A DNA stretch of 64,000 nucleotides. It comes from an uncultured Candidatus Rokubacteria bacterium (lineage in GTDB: Bacteria; Methylomirabilota; Methylomirabilia; Rokubacteriales; DASRDR01). Where the stretch lies: positions 64,001 through 128,000 of the forward strand of contig CAVPSB010000016.1 of NCBI GenBank assembly GCA_963708025.1. Direction: 5' to 3'. Positions 46,110 through 55,391 of the stretch are shown here, piece by piece (positions within the stretch are counted from its first letter, which is position 1; each line of letters opens with the position of its first letter). A model generated the notes under the pieces. It ran no database searches, was not told the origin of the DNA, and worked only from the letters and a program-made list of their open reading frames with translations. A program made the translations under genes and the position numbers.

Positions 46110-46849
46110 GAAGACGGCGTCCCGGGCCCTGCCTTCAGGGCCGCCTCGATGGGCCAGGCGGCCAGCCGCCGCGGGAGGAACCGATCGGCGAGCCACTGAC
46201 CCAGGTGGCCTCCCCACCAGCCGATGACGGCGCCTCCCAGGACGTCGGAGAGGAAGTGCGCGTTGAGCAGCACCCGGGAGGCGCCGATGCCGCCGGCGAC
46301 GGCGAGCCAGACACGGCGCCGTCCCGGCGCCGCGCGGGCCAGGGCCGCCGCCACCGCGAAGGCCGTCGTGGCGTGGCCGGAGGGGAAGCTGTGGTACCGC
46401 GAGTCGACGAGACAGGGCCAGTGGAAGAAGCCGGTGCTTCCCGGGTCCGCGACCGCGGAGGCCGGCGGGGACGGGCCGGCGCCGGGCGCCGGCACGGCGT
46501 CCACACCCCACCCGTCCACGAGTCGCGGCCGCGCCCGGCAGGCGACCTGCTTGACCACGTGGGCCGCCGCGTTCGCCACCGCGATGCCGGCGAGACCCCC
46601 GAGGCTGGCCCGCCACAGATCGAGGTCGGCCGTGCGGTACGCCGCGAGCGCGAGGCCACCGAGGAGGCCGGCGCCGGCCCACGCGGTGCCGAGCAGGGTC
46701 ACGCCGTTGGCGAGCAGCCGCACCTCGTGGGAGTCGACGTGCCGTAACGCGAGGCGGTGGAGGATCGGATCGAGCGGCAGGGTGAGGACGAGCGCGATGA
46801 CCCCGGCGATCAGCGTTCGGGCGCCAGCCGCCCTCGGGAGCCGCAGCAT
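46106..46849 (-). CDS. PAP2 family phosphatase
   Basis: K...RARP, SFPSGHA, SRVLLNAHFLSDV; TTGACA at 46885-46880. Confidence 0.9.
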   Translation of the reverse strand: MLRLPRAAGARTLIAGVIALVLTLPLDPILHRLALRHVDSHEVRLLANGVTLLGTAWAGAGLLGGLALAAYRTADLDLWRASLGGLAGIAVANAAAHVVKQVACRARPRLVDGWGVDAVPAPGAGPSPPASAVADPGSTGFFHWPCLVDSRYHSFPSGHATTAFAVAAALARAAPGRRRVWLAVAGGIGASRVLLNAHFLSDVLGGAVIGWWGGHLGQWLADRFLPRRLAAWPIEAALKAGPGTPSS

Positions 46850-46924
46850 GGCCTCTGACTAGCACCCGGGCCCGAGCCGTGTCAAGCGCGGACCCCCGAC
46901 CGGCGAGGAGCTACCGGGCCCGCC

Positions 46925-48590
46925 TCACCAGACCCGCAGCCCCGGCGTCGTGAGCGGCGTGGTCAGCGCCAGGCGAAGCAGCGTCGGCCCGTAGGCGACG
47001 GCGATCAGGAGCGCCGCCAGGGCGAGCCAGGGCCGCCAGCGGTCCAGGATCGGCGGGGCGTGCTCCGGGCCGGAGAGCGCGTCCGCGAACGCCGGCATCG
47101 CCGGCGCCGGCTGGCGCGACGCCCACACGGTCAGCGCCATGTTGAGGAAGTAGAGCAGGGCGCTCACGAACAGGACCGTCCCGCCGATGCCCACCAGGGG
47201 CAGCACCGCCTTCCAGGCCGGCTGCAGGTAGGGGGCGGCGCCGAGCATCGTCCGGCGCGGCGCTCCCATGAGCCCCAGGCGGTGGAGGGCGTTCGAGAAG
47301 ACGAGCATCCCGCCGAACCAGAGCCACACCTGGGCGAGCGCCAGCCGGCGACTCCAGAGCCCGCGGCCGGCCAGGTACGGGACCAGCCAGTACGTGATGC
47401 CCATGAAGCTCAGCGTGACGGCCGTGCCCACCGTGAGGTGGAGGTGGCCGGGGATCCACGCCGTGTTGTGGACGACGAGGTTCAGGTTGTACGAGGCGTT
47501 GATGAGGCCCCCGATCCCGCCGAACGTGAAGAGGAGCATCGCCAGCACCTGCGCCGCGAGCGACGGATCGCCCCACGGCAGCTTCCCGAACCACGCGACC
47601 CAGCCCCTCCCACCCCGCGCGCGGGCGCCGCTCTCGAGGGAGGCCACGACGTTGAAGAAGGTGAGCAGGCTCGGGAAGAAGACGGCGAACGTGAGGAACG
47701 CGTGGACGAGCTTCCAGCCGCGGTCGATGCCCGGGTCCGTGTACTGGTGATGGAAGCCGAGCGGCGTCGACAGCACCAGGAAGAGGATGAACGAGGTGCG
47801 GGCCAGCGGGTCGCTGAACAGCCGCCCGCCGGCCTGGCGCGGGACGAGGGTATACCAGGAGACGTACGCGGGCAGCAGCCAGAAGTAGACGATCGGATGG
47901 CCGGTGAACCAGAAGAGGGCGCGGGCGAGGAGCGCGTCGGTACCGGCCACCAACCCGAGCGACCACGGGATCAGCATGAGCAGCATCTCGGCCGCGAGCC
48001 CCAGCGAGGCGATCGTCCACATCGCGAAGGTCACCAGCGACATGAACGCCGCCAGGGGGGTGCGCGTGCCCGGGTGCTCCCGGCGCCAGGCCCGGCAGGT
48101 GAGCGCGAGATTGAGCGTCACCAGCCAGGTGCCCACCACCACCAGCGTCAGGCCGACGTAGAAGGCCCAGTGCGCCTGGAGCGGCGGGTAGAACGTGAAC
48201 ATGACGGTGGCCGCGTTCCCGACCAGGGGGATCGCCGCGAGGACGAGGCCCCCGGTCATGAGCCAGAAGGTCCCCCAGGCCAGCCGCAGGCTGTGGAGGC
48301 GCATCCCCAGCGCCCGGGCCGTGAGGAACGGAAGGAACCCGCAGATGAAGAAGGTCGTCCAGACGAGCACGTTCAGGACGCCGTGAAGGCTCAGTCCGTG
48401 GTAGTAGGAGCGGATCACCGGGTCGAGCGCCGGGTAGAGGTCCAGCCCGGCATTCTCGAGCGCCTGGAACAGGCCGGTCAGGACGCCGCCGAAGAGCGCG
48501 ACCAGCGCCACCGCCAGGTAGGCGGCGGTCAGGCGTCCGTCGGCGGCTCGAGCGTCGGGTGCGGGGGGTGTCGGGCGCGCCGCGCGCCAT
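46925..48590 (-). CDS. cbaA: ba3-type (B-family) cytochrome c oxidase subunit I (probable +1 error in G-run at 48563-48568; uninterrupted ORF from 48511)
   Basis: YYHGLSLHGV, FWFTGHPIVYFWLLPAY, GFHHQY, HNTAWIPGHLHLTVG, GAPRR. Confidence 0.93.
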
Positions 48591-48616
48591 GCCGGGACCC
48601 TCCGGCGCCGGCCGCG

Positions 48617-49105
48617 TCACGAGCGCGGCTCCACGATGACCTTCCCCCACATCGTCTGGTGCGCGATCCCGCAGTACTCGTGGCAGACGAACGGATACTC
48701 GCCGGGCCGCTCGAAGCGCGCCGTCGCCCGGGCGATCTGCCCCGGCAAGAGCATCACGTTGACGTTGGCCCCGTGGATCAGGAGGCCGTGGACCACGTCC
48801 TGGCTCGTGGCGACGAACGTCACGGTCGAGCCGGCCGGCACCCGGATCTCGCCCGGCGCGAAGAACCAGATGCCGGCGACCATCCGCACCTCGTACTGGC
48901 CGGGGCCCACGGCCACGACGCCCGGCTGGTCGAAGGGCGCCGTCTCGGCGACGCGGGTCGGGTCCACCCGGCCTTCCTGGCCGGGCAGATGGATGTGAGC
49001 GCCGAACGCGGTGACCATGAGCGCGGCCAGCATCCCCACCGGGATGGCGACGCTCGGGAGGATCCAGGCCAGCTCGTAGAGATAGACGGTCGTCCCCTGT
49101 CGCAT
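48617..49105 (-). CDS. cbaB: ba3-type oxidase subunit II (CuA)
   Basis: DVVHG, CHEYCGIAHQTM, single TM. Confidence 0.93.
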   Translation of the reverse strand: MRQGTTVYLYELAWILPSVAIPVGMLAALMVTAFGAHIHLPGQEGRVDPTRVAETAPFDQPGVVAVGPGQYEVRMVAGIWFFAPGEIRVPAGSTVTFVATSQDVVHGLLIHGANVNVMLLPGQIARATARFERPGEYPFVCHEYCGIAHQTMWGKVIVEPRS

Positions 49106-49109
49106 CGGC

Positions 49110-49217
49110 TCACCCCGTCCACAGCTTCAGATAGGCATTGGTCCACAGGAGGGCCAGCAGCAGCAGGTAGACCAGCATGAACAGCAAGGCGCCCTTCGGA
49201 TGGTCGTGTTCGTCCAC
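49110..49217 (-). CDS. cbaD: ba3-type oxidase subunit IIa (35 aa, not in ORF track)
   Basis: MDEHDHPKGALLFMLVYLLLLALLWTNAYLKLWTG; PKGAL motif, RBS GAGGAGG, directly before cbaB. Confidence 0.8.
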   Translation of the reverse strand: MDEHDHPKGALLFMLVYLLLLALLWTNAYLKLWTG

Positions 49218-49232
49218 GGCCTGGCCCCTCCT

Positions 49233-51332
49233 CTATGCCTGCGGCACTCTCGGATCCAGCCGGGCGCGCGCGTTGACGGCGATCGCGCCGGCCGGACTCG
49301 CCATCAGCGGGTTCAGCTCGATCTCGGCGAGCTCCGGCACGTTGACGCCGAGCCGGGCGAACCGCACGATCACCTCCGCCAGGGCGGCGCGATCGACCGG
49401 CGGCTCGCCCCGCACCCCCCGCAGCACGGGCGCCATGCGCAGCTCGTCGAGCATCGCGAGGGCCTCGGACGGCGTGAGCGGCGCCAGCCGCATGGCGGTG
49501 TCCCTGAGGACCTCGACGTAGATGCCCCCGAACCCGACGACGACCAGCGGTCCGAACTGCGGGTCACGCACCACCCCGAGCAGCAGCTCCCGGCCGGACA
49601 CCATGCGCTGGACCAGGAGGCCCCGGATCGTCGCCATCGGCTGGTCCCGCCGGACACGCGCCAGCATCGCGACCGCTGCCTCCCGCACGGCCTCCGCTGT
49701 GCCGAGCCCCAGCCGGACGCCCCCGACGTCGGTCTTGTGGCTGATGTCCGGCGAGAGAAGCTTGAGCGCGACCGGCGCTCCGAGTCGCGTCGCCGCGGCC
49801 GCCGCCTCGTCGGGGGTCGACGCCACCTCGCTGGACGCGGCCGGGATCCCGTATGCCGCCAGCAAGGGCCCCAGCTCGCACCAGCCGAGTCCCGTCGCGC
49901 CGCCGCGACGGAGCGCGGCGACGTGCGCGGAGGCCTCGGGCGGCGGCGCCGGGGAGGAAACGGCGACGGCCCGCTCGCGCCGGCGCTCGGACACCAGCGC
50001 CATCCCGGCCAGCGTGAGGACCGCGGGCTCGGGAAACGGGTAACAGGGAATCCCGGCGTCCTCCAGAGCCCGGACACCGGGGGCGACGCGCGCGCCTCCC
50101 ACGAGGGCCGCCGCCACCGGGATCGGCCAGTCGCGGACCGCGCCGATCACGGCCCGCGCCACGCCGAGACTGTCGGTCGCGGCCTGGGCGGTCATGAGGA
50201 TCAGCGCCGCGTCGGCGGAGGGGCCGACGGCGCGGAGGGCGTTCCCGTACCGCGCGGCATCGGCATCCCCGACGAGGTCCACCGGGTTGCCGACGCTCGC
50301 CGTGGGCGGCAGCCCCGCCCGCAGCCGGGCCTGCGTCCCCGCGGCGAGCGGGGCGACCTCGAGCCCGGCCTCTCGCGCCGCGTCGGTCGCGACGATGCCG
50401 ACTCCTCCGCCGTTGGTCACCACCAGGAGCCGCCGCCCTCGCGGCAGGGGTTGGCTGGCAAGCCCACGCGCCAGGTCGAACAGCTCCTCGACGGTGCGGG
50501 CCCGCACCGCGCCCGCCTGCCGGACTGCCGCGTCGAAGGCCTGGTCGGAGCCGGCCAGGGCCCCCGTGTGCGAGGCGACGGCCCGGGCGCCCTCGACGGA
50601 CCGGCCCGTCTTGAGGAGGATCACCGGCTTGACCGCGGCGGCCGCACGAAGGGCCTCGAAGAAGCGCCGCCCGTCGGCCACACCCTCGATGTAGCCCACG
50701 ACGACCCGGGTCTCGGCGTCGGCGGCCACGGCGTCGAGCAGATCGGATTCGTTCAGGTCCACCTGGTTGCCGAGGCTCGCGAACAGGGAGAAGCCGAGGT
50801 GCCGGTCACGGGCCCAGTCCAGGATCGCCGTGGCCAGGGCTCCCGAGTGGGAGACGAACGCGATCGTGCCCGTCCGCGGCATCCCGGGCGCGAAGGTGAC
50901 GTTGAGCCGGCGCGACGGTCGGATCCACCCGAGGCAGTTCGGACCGAGGACGCGGAGCGGCTGCGCGCGAAGCCAGGCCGCGAGTTCGGCTTCCCGGGCC
51001 CGACCCTCCGCTCCGCTCTCGCGGAATCCCGCGGTGATGACGACGGCCGCGCCCACCGACTTCGCCGCGCACTCCTTCAGCGTGGGCAAGACGGCGGGGG
51101 CCGGGACGGCGACCACCGCCAGGTCGATCGGGCCGTCGACCGCGAGAAGCGACGGCGCCGCGGCCAGGCCCTGGACGATATCAGCCGCGGCATTGACCGG
51201 GACGACGCGGCCCTCGAACCCGGCCGCCCGGAGGTTCGCCAGGACGCTGCCGCCCACCTTGGAGGGATCGCGGGAGGCTCCGATGACGGCGACGCTGCGA
51301 GGCTCGAAGAGCGCCGTCAGCGAACCCTTCAC
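49233..51332 (-). CDS. ADP-forming acetate/acyl-CoA ligase (alpha-beta fusion, no GNAT)
   Basis: PRSVAVIGAS, GPNCLG, SHTGALAG, NPVDL, SHKTDVGGV, DPQFGP, ELNPL. Confidence 0.9.
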   Translation of the reverse strand: MKGSLTALFEPRSVAVIGASRDPSKVGGSVLANLRAAGFEGRVVPVNAAADIVQGLAAAPSLLAVDGPIDLAVVAVPAPAVLPTLKECAAKSVGAAVVITAGFRESGAEGRAREAELAAWLRAQPLRVLGPNCLGWIRPSRRLNVTFAPGMPRTGTIAFVSHSGALATAILDWARDRHLGFSLFASLGNQVDLNESDLLDAVAADAETRVVVGYIEGVADGRRFFEALRAAAAVKPVILLKTGRSVEGARAVASHTGALAGSDQAFDAAVRQAGAVRARTVEELFDLARGLASQPLPRGRRLLVVTNGGGVGIVATDAAREAGLEVAPLAAGTQARLRAGLPPTASVGNPVDLVGDADAARYGNALRAVGPSADAALILMTAQAATDSLGVARAVIGAVRDWPIPVAAALVGGARVAPGVRALEDAGIPCYPFPEPAVLTLAGMALVSERRRERAVAVSSPAPPPEASAHVAALRRGGATGLGWCELGPLLAAYGIPAASSEVASTPDEAAAAATRLGAPVALKLLSPDISHKTDVGGVRLGLGTAEAVREAAVAMLARVRRDQPMATIRGLLVQRMVSGRELLLGVVRDPQFGPLVVVGFGGIYVEVLRDTAMRLAPLTPSEALAMLDELRMAPVLRGVRGEPPVDRAALAEVIVRFARLGVNVPELAEIELNPLMASPAGAIAVNARARLDPRVPQA

Positions 51333-51404
51333 CGCCCGGCCATCCGGTGGCGCACGGCGCCGTCGAGGTCGGGGTGCCAGTCCACCATGGCGGACGTCAG
51401 GAGG

Positions 51405-51420
51405 TGCAACGGGGGTGCCA
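51405..51420 (-). promoter_or_regulatory. Sigma-54 promoter
   Basis: TGGCAC-CCCCG-TTGCA. Confidence 0.8.
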
Positions 51421-51482
51421 CGCAGATCCGTGCATGCGGCGCGACGCCACCGCCGGTTGGCCCCGCCGGACGCGGACCCCTC

Positions 51483-51519
51483 CGAGGCGCCGACGCCCCA
51501 GCGGGACACGGCCGCCCCA
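51483..51519. promoter_or_regulatory. Tandem palindromic enhancer-like sites
   Basis: CGAGGCG-N4-CGCCCCA and CGGGACA-N4-CGCCCCA. Confidence 0.5.
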
Positions 51520-51591
51520 CCCGAAGTCCAGCCGGGCGGCCACGCACGGGACCGGGGCGACCACCGCCGCCCCTCTCCGGGCGCCTCCCGG

Positions 51592-52071
51592 TCACCGGCC
51601 GCGGACGGTCAGGACCGGGCACGGGGCCGACGCCACCACCCGCGCCGCCACGCTGCCGAGAAAGAACCGGGCCAGCCCGGTGCGCCCGTGGGTGCCGATC
51701 ACCGCCACGTCGGTCCGGCGGGATCGGAGCGCGCGGACGAGCCGCTCGTGGGGCGTGCCCGTGAGCAGCAGGCCGCTCGCGCGGACGCCCGCCGCCCTCG
51801 CCCTGGCGACGAGCCGGTCGAGTTGCTTCCGGGCGGCAGCCCGGGCCGAGGCCTCGATCTGGTCGTAGGTCTGGGCAAGCACGTAGCCCTCGCCCGTGAC
51901 CGGCACCACCGGGGTGAGCACGTGCGCCACCGTCAAGGCCGCGCGGTTGGCGCGGGCGAGGGAGAGCGCGGTCGCGAATGCCCTCGCCGACGCGCGCGAG
52001 AAGTCGGAGGCGTGCAGGATCCGGCGGAAGGCGACGGACCGGCGGCCGCCCCCGGCCCTGGCCCTAGCCAT
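51592..52071 (-). CDS. Universal stress protein
   Basis: ILHASDFS, IGTHGRTGL..FFLGSVA..VV..APCPVL. Confidence 0.93.
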   Translation of the reverse strand: MARARAGGGRRSVAFRRILHASDFSRASARAFATALSLARANRAALTVAHVLTPVVPVTGEGYVLAQTYDQIEASARAAARKQLDRLVARARAAGVRASGLLLTGTPHERLVRALRSRRTDVAVIGTHGRTGLARFFLGSVAARVVASAPCPVLTVRGR

Positions 52072-52549
52072 TGCCGCCGCCGGCCACCGCCGCCGCGCGC
52101 CCGATCGGCCGCTCCAGGCTGGCGCCGTCCGGCCGGAGCAGGAAGATCGGCGTTGCCGTCCCCCGAAGCACCGACTCGGCCACGCTGCCGAGGATGAGCC
52201 GGCTGATGCCGGTGCGGCCGTGGGTCGTCATGACGATCAGGCCCACGTGGTGGAACTGCGCTGCCTCGATGATCGCCACCGCCGCCGGCCCGTACCAGAC
52301 GGCGGTCTCGACGTCACCGACGCCACTCGTCGCCAGTCGGGCTGTCACCTGGCCCAGATAGGTCTCGGCTTCGTGGACGACCCTGACCTCGGCTTCGGTG
52401 GGATCCACGCCGGGCAGCGTGTGCGCCTGCGCTGCCCGGAGCAGGAGAATCCGGGCGCCCAGCGTCCCGGCGAGATCGACGGCGGTGGCGAGCGCCGCCT
52501 CCGCCACGGGGGAACCGTCCAGGGGCACCAGGATCTTGTCGATCTTCAT
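52064..52549 (-). CDS. Universal stress protein
   Basis: ILVPLDGS, MTTHGRTG..RLILGSVAE; RBS AAGGAGG. Confidence 0.93.
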   Translation of the reverse strand: MKIDKILVPLDGSPVAEAALATAVDLAGTLGARILLLRAAQAHTLPGVDPTEAEVRVVHEAETYLGQVTARLATSGVGDVETAVWYGPAAVAIIEAAQFHHVGLIVMTTHGRTGISRLILGSVAESVLRGTATPIFLLRPDGASLERPIGRAAAVAGGGNG

Positions 52550-52592
52550 CCGTCGCCTCCTTACCTCGCGTGTGTCGGACGTGGGCGATGGG

Positions 52593-52608
52593 TGCAACGT
52601 GGGTGCCA
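52593..52608 (-). promoter_or_regulatory. Sigma-54 promoter
   Basis: TGGCAC-CCACG-TTGCA. Confidence 0.8.
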
Positions 52609-52658
52609 CGCCCCCGGCGAGCAAGTAGCCGGGGGAGCGTGCCTGCGGCTCACCCGGC

Positions 52659-52695
52659 TGGGGCACGACCGCCCCACCGTGGCGCCACCGTCCCA
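52659..52695. promoter_or_regulatory. Tandem palindromic enhancer-like sites
   Basis: TGGGGCA-N4-CGCCCCA and CGTGGCG-N4-CGTCCCA. Confidence 0.5.
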
Positions 52696-52739
52696 CCGCG
52701 AGTCGGCGCGATGCCGGGCAGATCGGAGTCGTCTCCCCG

Positions 52740-53262
52740 GTCCGCGCCGAAGAGTCGCCGCTTGGCGACTTCGACGAGCCCAGCCGCTTCTCCAGCAGGA
52801 TGATGTCGGCGGCGTCCGAGCCGGCACCTCCCGGACCGCCCCGTCTCGCACGACGGTCGCCGCGTGCGCGACCTGCCGCTGCAGGCGCCGCGCGGCGGAC
52901 TGCGAGCGGTAGGCCTGGGTCACGTTGAGCGCGACGCTTAGGACCAGCATCAGCGCGATGACCACGGAGCTGGGCACCTGCCCGAGGGCCGCCGAGGCGC
53001 CGCTGGCGACGAGCAGGATCAGGACCAGCGGGTTGGCCAGGTAGCGCGCGATCCCGCGGAGCGCCTCGAAGCGCGGCGGCGGCTTCAGCTCGTTGGGGCC
53101 GTGGCGGCGGAGGCGGGCGACGGCCTCGGCGGTGGAGAGCCCGGTCGGACTGCCGCCGACGTCCTCGAGCGCCTCGACGGGGGAGCGGGTCCAGAAGGGT
53201 CTCCGGGGATCGGCCGCCGCCGCGCCCCGCGGCCGGCTCGCCGGGACGATGCGGCTCAGCAT
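52740..53262 (-). pseudogene. mgtA: Mg2+-transporting P-type ATPase remnant with two large internal deletions
   Basis: GLSTAEAVARL..HGPNEL, NPLVLILL, ATVVRDG, then DAADIILLEK, then LVEVAKRRLF in shifted frames. Confidence 0.7.
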
Positions 53263-53311
53263 CCGGTCGGCGCCCGGGCGGCGGTCCGGCACCGGTCCCC
53301 GTCCGCGGCGG

Positions 53312-53749
53312 TCAATCCTCGGGCTGTCGGACGCTGACCACCGGACACGGCGCCGTGCGGATCACCCGGTCCGCCACGCTGCCGAGGAATGCCCGCTCCA
53401 GCCCGCCCCGGCCCCGGGTGCCGATCACGATGTAATCGGCGCCTTCGGTCGCCGCCGCCTTCACGATCTCCGCGTGCGGCACGCCGGTCTTCAGGAGGAA
53501 GCGCGCGGTCAGCCCGAGCTCCCGGATCGCCGCGACCCGCTCGTCCAGAGTGCTCGTCGCCCACCTCCGCGCCGCCTCGTAGACTTCACGCACCTCTTTC
53601 CGGTTCATCAGCCCCTCACCGTAGAGCGGCGTGTCCACGGTCACGTGGAGCACGATGATCTCGGCGCCTAGGCCCTGGGCCAGCCGGATCGCCTCCTTCT
53701 GCGCCCGGTCGGCGTGCTCGGAGAAGTCGGTCGGATGCAGGATCTTCAT
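53312..53749 (-). CDS. Universal stress protein
   Basis: ILHPTDFS, IGTRGRGGL..FLGSVADRVIRTAPCPV. Confidence 0.93.
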   Translation of the reverse strand: MKILHPTDFSEHADRAQKEAIRLAQGLGAEIIVLHVTVDTPLYGEGLMNRKEVREVYEAARRWATSTLDERVAAIRELGLTARFLLKTGVPHAEIVKAAATEGADYIVIGTRGRGGLERAFLGSVADRVIRTAPCPVVSVRQPED

Positions 53750-53819
53750 CGCCGGGCCCGCCCGTATCGCTCCGCCATCCACCCGCCGACTCCGGAAAAC
53801 CGACCGGGTCTCATCGCGG

Positions 53820-54293
53820 TCATGGTGCGCTCGCCTCCAGGGGCGCGGCCGCCCGCGCCGTCATCCGGATCATGAGGACGGGGACCGGGGCCGACCGGAG
53901 CACGGTCTCGGCGACGGAGCCGAATGCCACGCGGCCGAGCCCGCCTCGCCCGTGCGTGGCCATGGCGATCAGGTCGGCGTGCTCGGTCCGGGCGACCTCC
54001 AGGATCTCGGCCGCGGGCGCCCCGAGCCCGAGCACGGTCCGGACGCGGACGCCCTTGGCCTCGAGACGGGCCGCGACCTCGGCCAGGTATCTCTTCATTT
54101 CCACCTGGCGGAGAAAGAGGGCGTCGGGCCCGACCACGCCAGCGCTGGCCAGTCCGGTCACGACGGAGATCGGCTCCACCACGGAGAGGAGCACGACCTC
54201 CGTGTTGACCGGGCCGGCGATCCGCTCGGCCACGGGCAGGATGGCTTCGGCCGGCTCGGATCCATCCAGGGGGATCAGCATGCGCCTGTACAT
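53820..54293 (-). CDS. Universal stress protein
   Basis: MLIPLDGS, MATHGRGGL..FGSVAE; RBS AAAGGAG. Confidence 0.93.
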   Translation of the reverse strand: MYRRMLIPLDGSEPAEAILPVAERIAGPVNTEVVLLSVVEPISVVTGLASAGVVGPDALFLRQVEMKRYLAEVAARLEAKGVRVRTVLGLGAPAAEILEVARTEHADLIAMATHGRGGLGRVAFGSVAETVLRSAPVPVLMIRMTARAAAPLEASAP

Positions 54294-54348
54294 CGCGACT
54301 CCTTTCGGTGACGCGACCTCGTGTTCACCGGTGGCCGGAGGGGAGGTT

Positions 54349-54364
54349 TGCAACGAGAATGCCG
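54349..54364 (-). promoter_or_regulatory. Sigma-54 promoter
   Basis: CGGCAT-TCTCG-TTGCA. Confidence 0.7.
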
Positions 54365-54436
54365 CGTGGCGCCGGGGGCCAGACCGCCGCGCGGTCGCGC
54401 GGTTGGCCGGAGCCCATGCCTGACCCCGTCGCTTCC

Positions 54437-54474
54437 TGGGGCGTCGGTGCCCCGATCGAGGCGCCGCCGCCCCA
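54437..54474. promoter_or_regulatory. Tandem palindromic enhancer-like sites
   Basis: TGGGGCG-N4-TGCCCCG and CGAGGCG-N4-CGCCCCA. Confidence 0.5.
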
Positions 54475-54518
54475 GCCGCCGCCCCAGCCGGAGGTCGGCC
54501 ACGGTGGCGTGAGCCCCG

Positions 54519-54848
54519 TCACCGCAGGCTGGCTAGGTAGGCGGCGAGGGCGCGGATGTCCGCCTCGGTGAGGTCCAGCTTCGGCATATGGGCGCCTGGC
54601 TTGTGAACCGCCGGGTCGCGGAGGCGTCGGGACAGCTCACCCTCGGTCTGGAAGGAGCCGACGTGGGAGAGATCCGGGGCGATCGGGGTCCCGGTACCGA
54701 GAACCGTGTGGCAGCCGTAGCAGCCGTACTCGGTGTAGAGCCGGCGTCCCTGCGCGGCCGGTTGCTCGGGCGGTTGCGAAGCGACGGAGCAGGCGCTCAC
54801 GCTCAGGACGAAACCGACGAGTGCGATGGCCAGTCGTGAGGTGTTCAT
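54519..54848 (-). CDS. Monoheme cytochrome c lipoprotein
   Basis: Lipobox-like VSAC, CYGCH, APDLS, distal Met in HMP. Confidence 0.88.
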   Translation of the reverse strand: MNTSRLAIALVGFVLSVSACSVASQPPEQPAAQGRRLYTEYGCYGCHTVLGTGTPIAPDLSHVGSFQTEGELSRRLRDPAVHKPGAHMPKLDLTEADIRALAAYLASLR

Positions 54849-54861
54849 GCCGCGCTGGTCG

Positions 54862-54877
54862 TGCAACGCCAGTGCCA
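54862..54877 (-). promoter_or_regulatory. Sigma-54 promoter
   Basis: TGGCAC-TGGCG-TTGCA. Confidence 0.8.
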
Positions 54878-54893
54878 CCGTCCACGGTCAGCC

Positions 54894-54909
54894 TGGCAGA
54901 GCGCTTGCT
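54894..54909 (+). promoter_or_regulatory. Sigma-54 promoter (divergent)
   Basis: TGGCAG-AGCGC-TTGCT. Confidence 0.7.
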
Positions 54910-54923
54910 TGACGATGATCCCG

Positions 54924-55343
54924 ATGCCTTCGCCCTTCGATGCCCACGGCCACGATCCACCGGGTTTCCCCCGCAAGGTGCTGGTCGTCGACGACGAGCC
55001 GGACATGCTGGAGAACGTGGCGCGCATCCTGCGGCGTGGCGCCTACGAGTGTCTGACCGCCGGGGGAGGCCGGGAGGCGCTGGTCATCCTCGCCCGCGAC
55101 CACCCCGATCTGATCCTCACCGATCTCCGGATGCCGGAGATGGATGGGCTCGCGCTCCTCCGCGCGGCGAAGCAGCTCTCGCCGCCCACCCCGATCGTCG
55201 TGTTCACCGCCTACGCCTCCGAGGCCGCCGCCCGGAATGCCCTCGCGGCCGGCGCCGCGGCCTTCCTGGCGAAGCCCTTCACGGCGCTCCAGCTCCTGGA
55301 GACGGTGCGATCGATGCTGAACGATGGAGGATCCGCCCCGTAA
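54924..55343 (+). CDS. Single-domain response regulator
   Basis: VLVVDDE, TDLRMPEMDG, FTAY, AKPF. Confidence 0.9.
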   Translation: MPSPFDAHGHDPPGFPRKVLVVDDEPDMLENVARILRRGAYECLTAGGGREALVILARDHPDLILTDLRMPEMDGLALLRAAKQLSPPTPIVVFTAYASEAAARNALAAGAAAFLAKPFTALQLLETVRSMLNDGGSAP

Positions 55344-55391
55344 GGCAATCGGCCCCCGACCCCCCGCGGGGTGGGCGGAGGCTCCGGGTCA

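Noticed and set aside
10530-48570. Six frameshifts (~10535, ~23388, ~23473, ~24962, ~29711, ~48565) as pseudogenes or programmed recoding
   Set aside because: All are +1 shifts in otherwise intact genes with no slippery motif; most consistent with long-read insertion errors. Read mapping would settle it.
46925-49105. cbaB-cbaA stop-codon readthrough fusion (same frame)
   Set aside because: A +1 error in the G6 run at 48563-48568 explains it and restores a normal start
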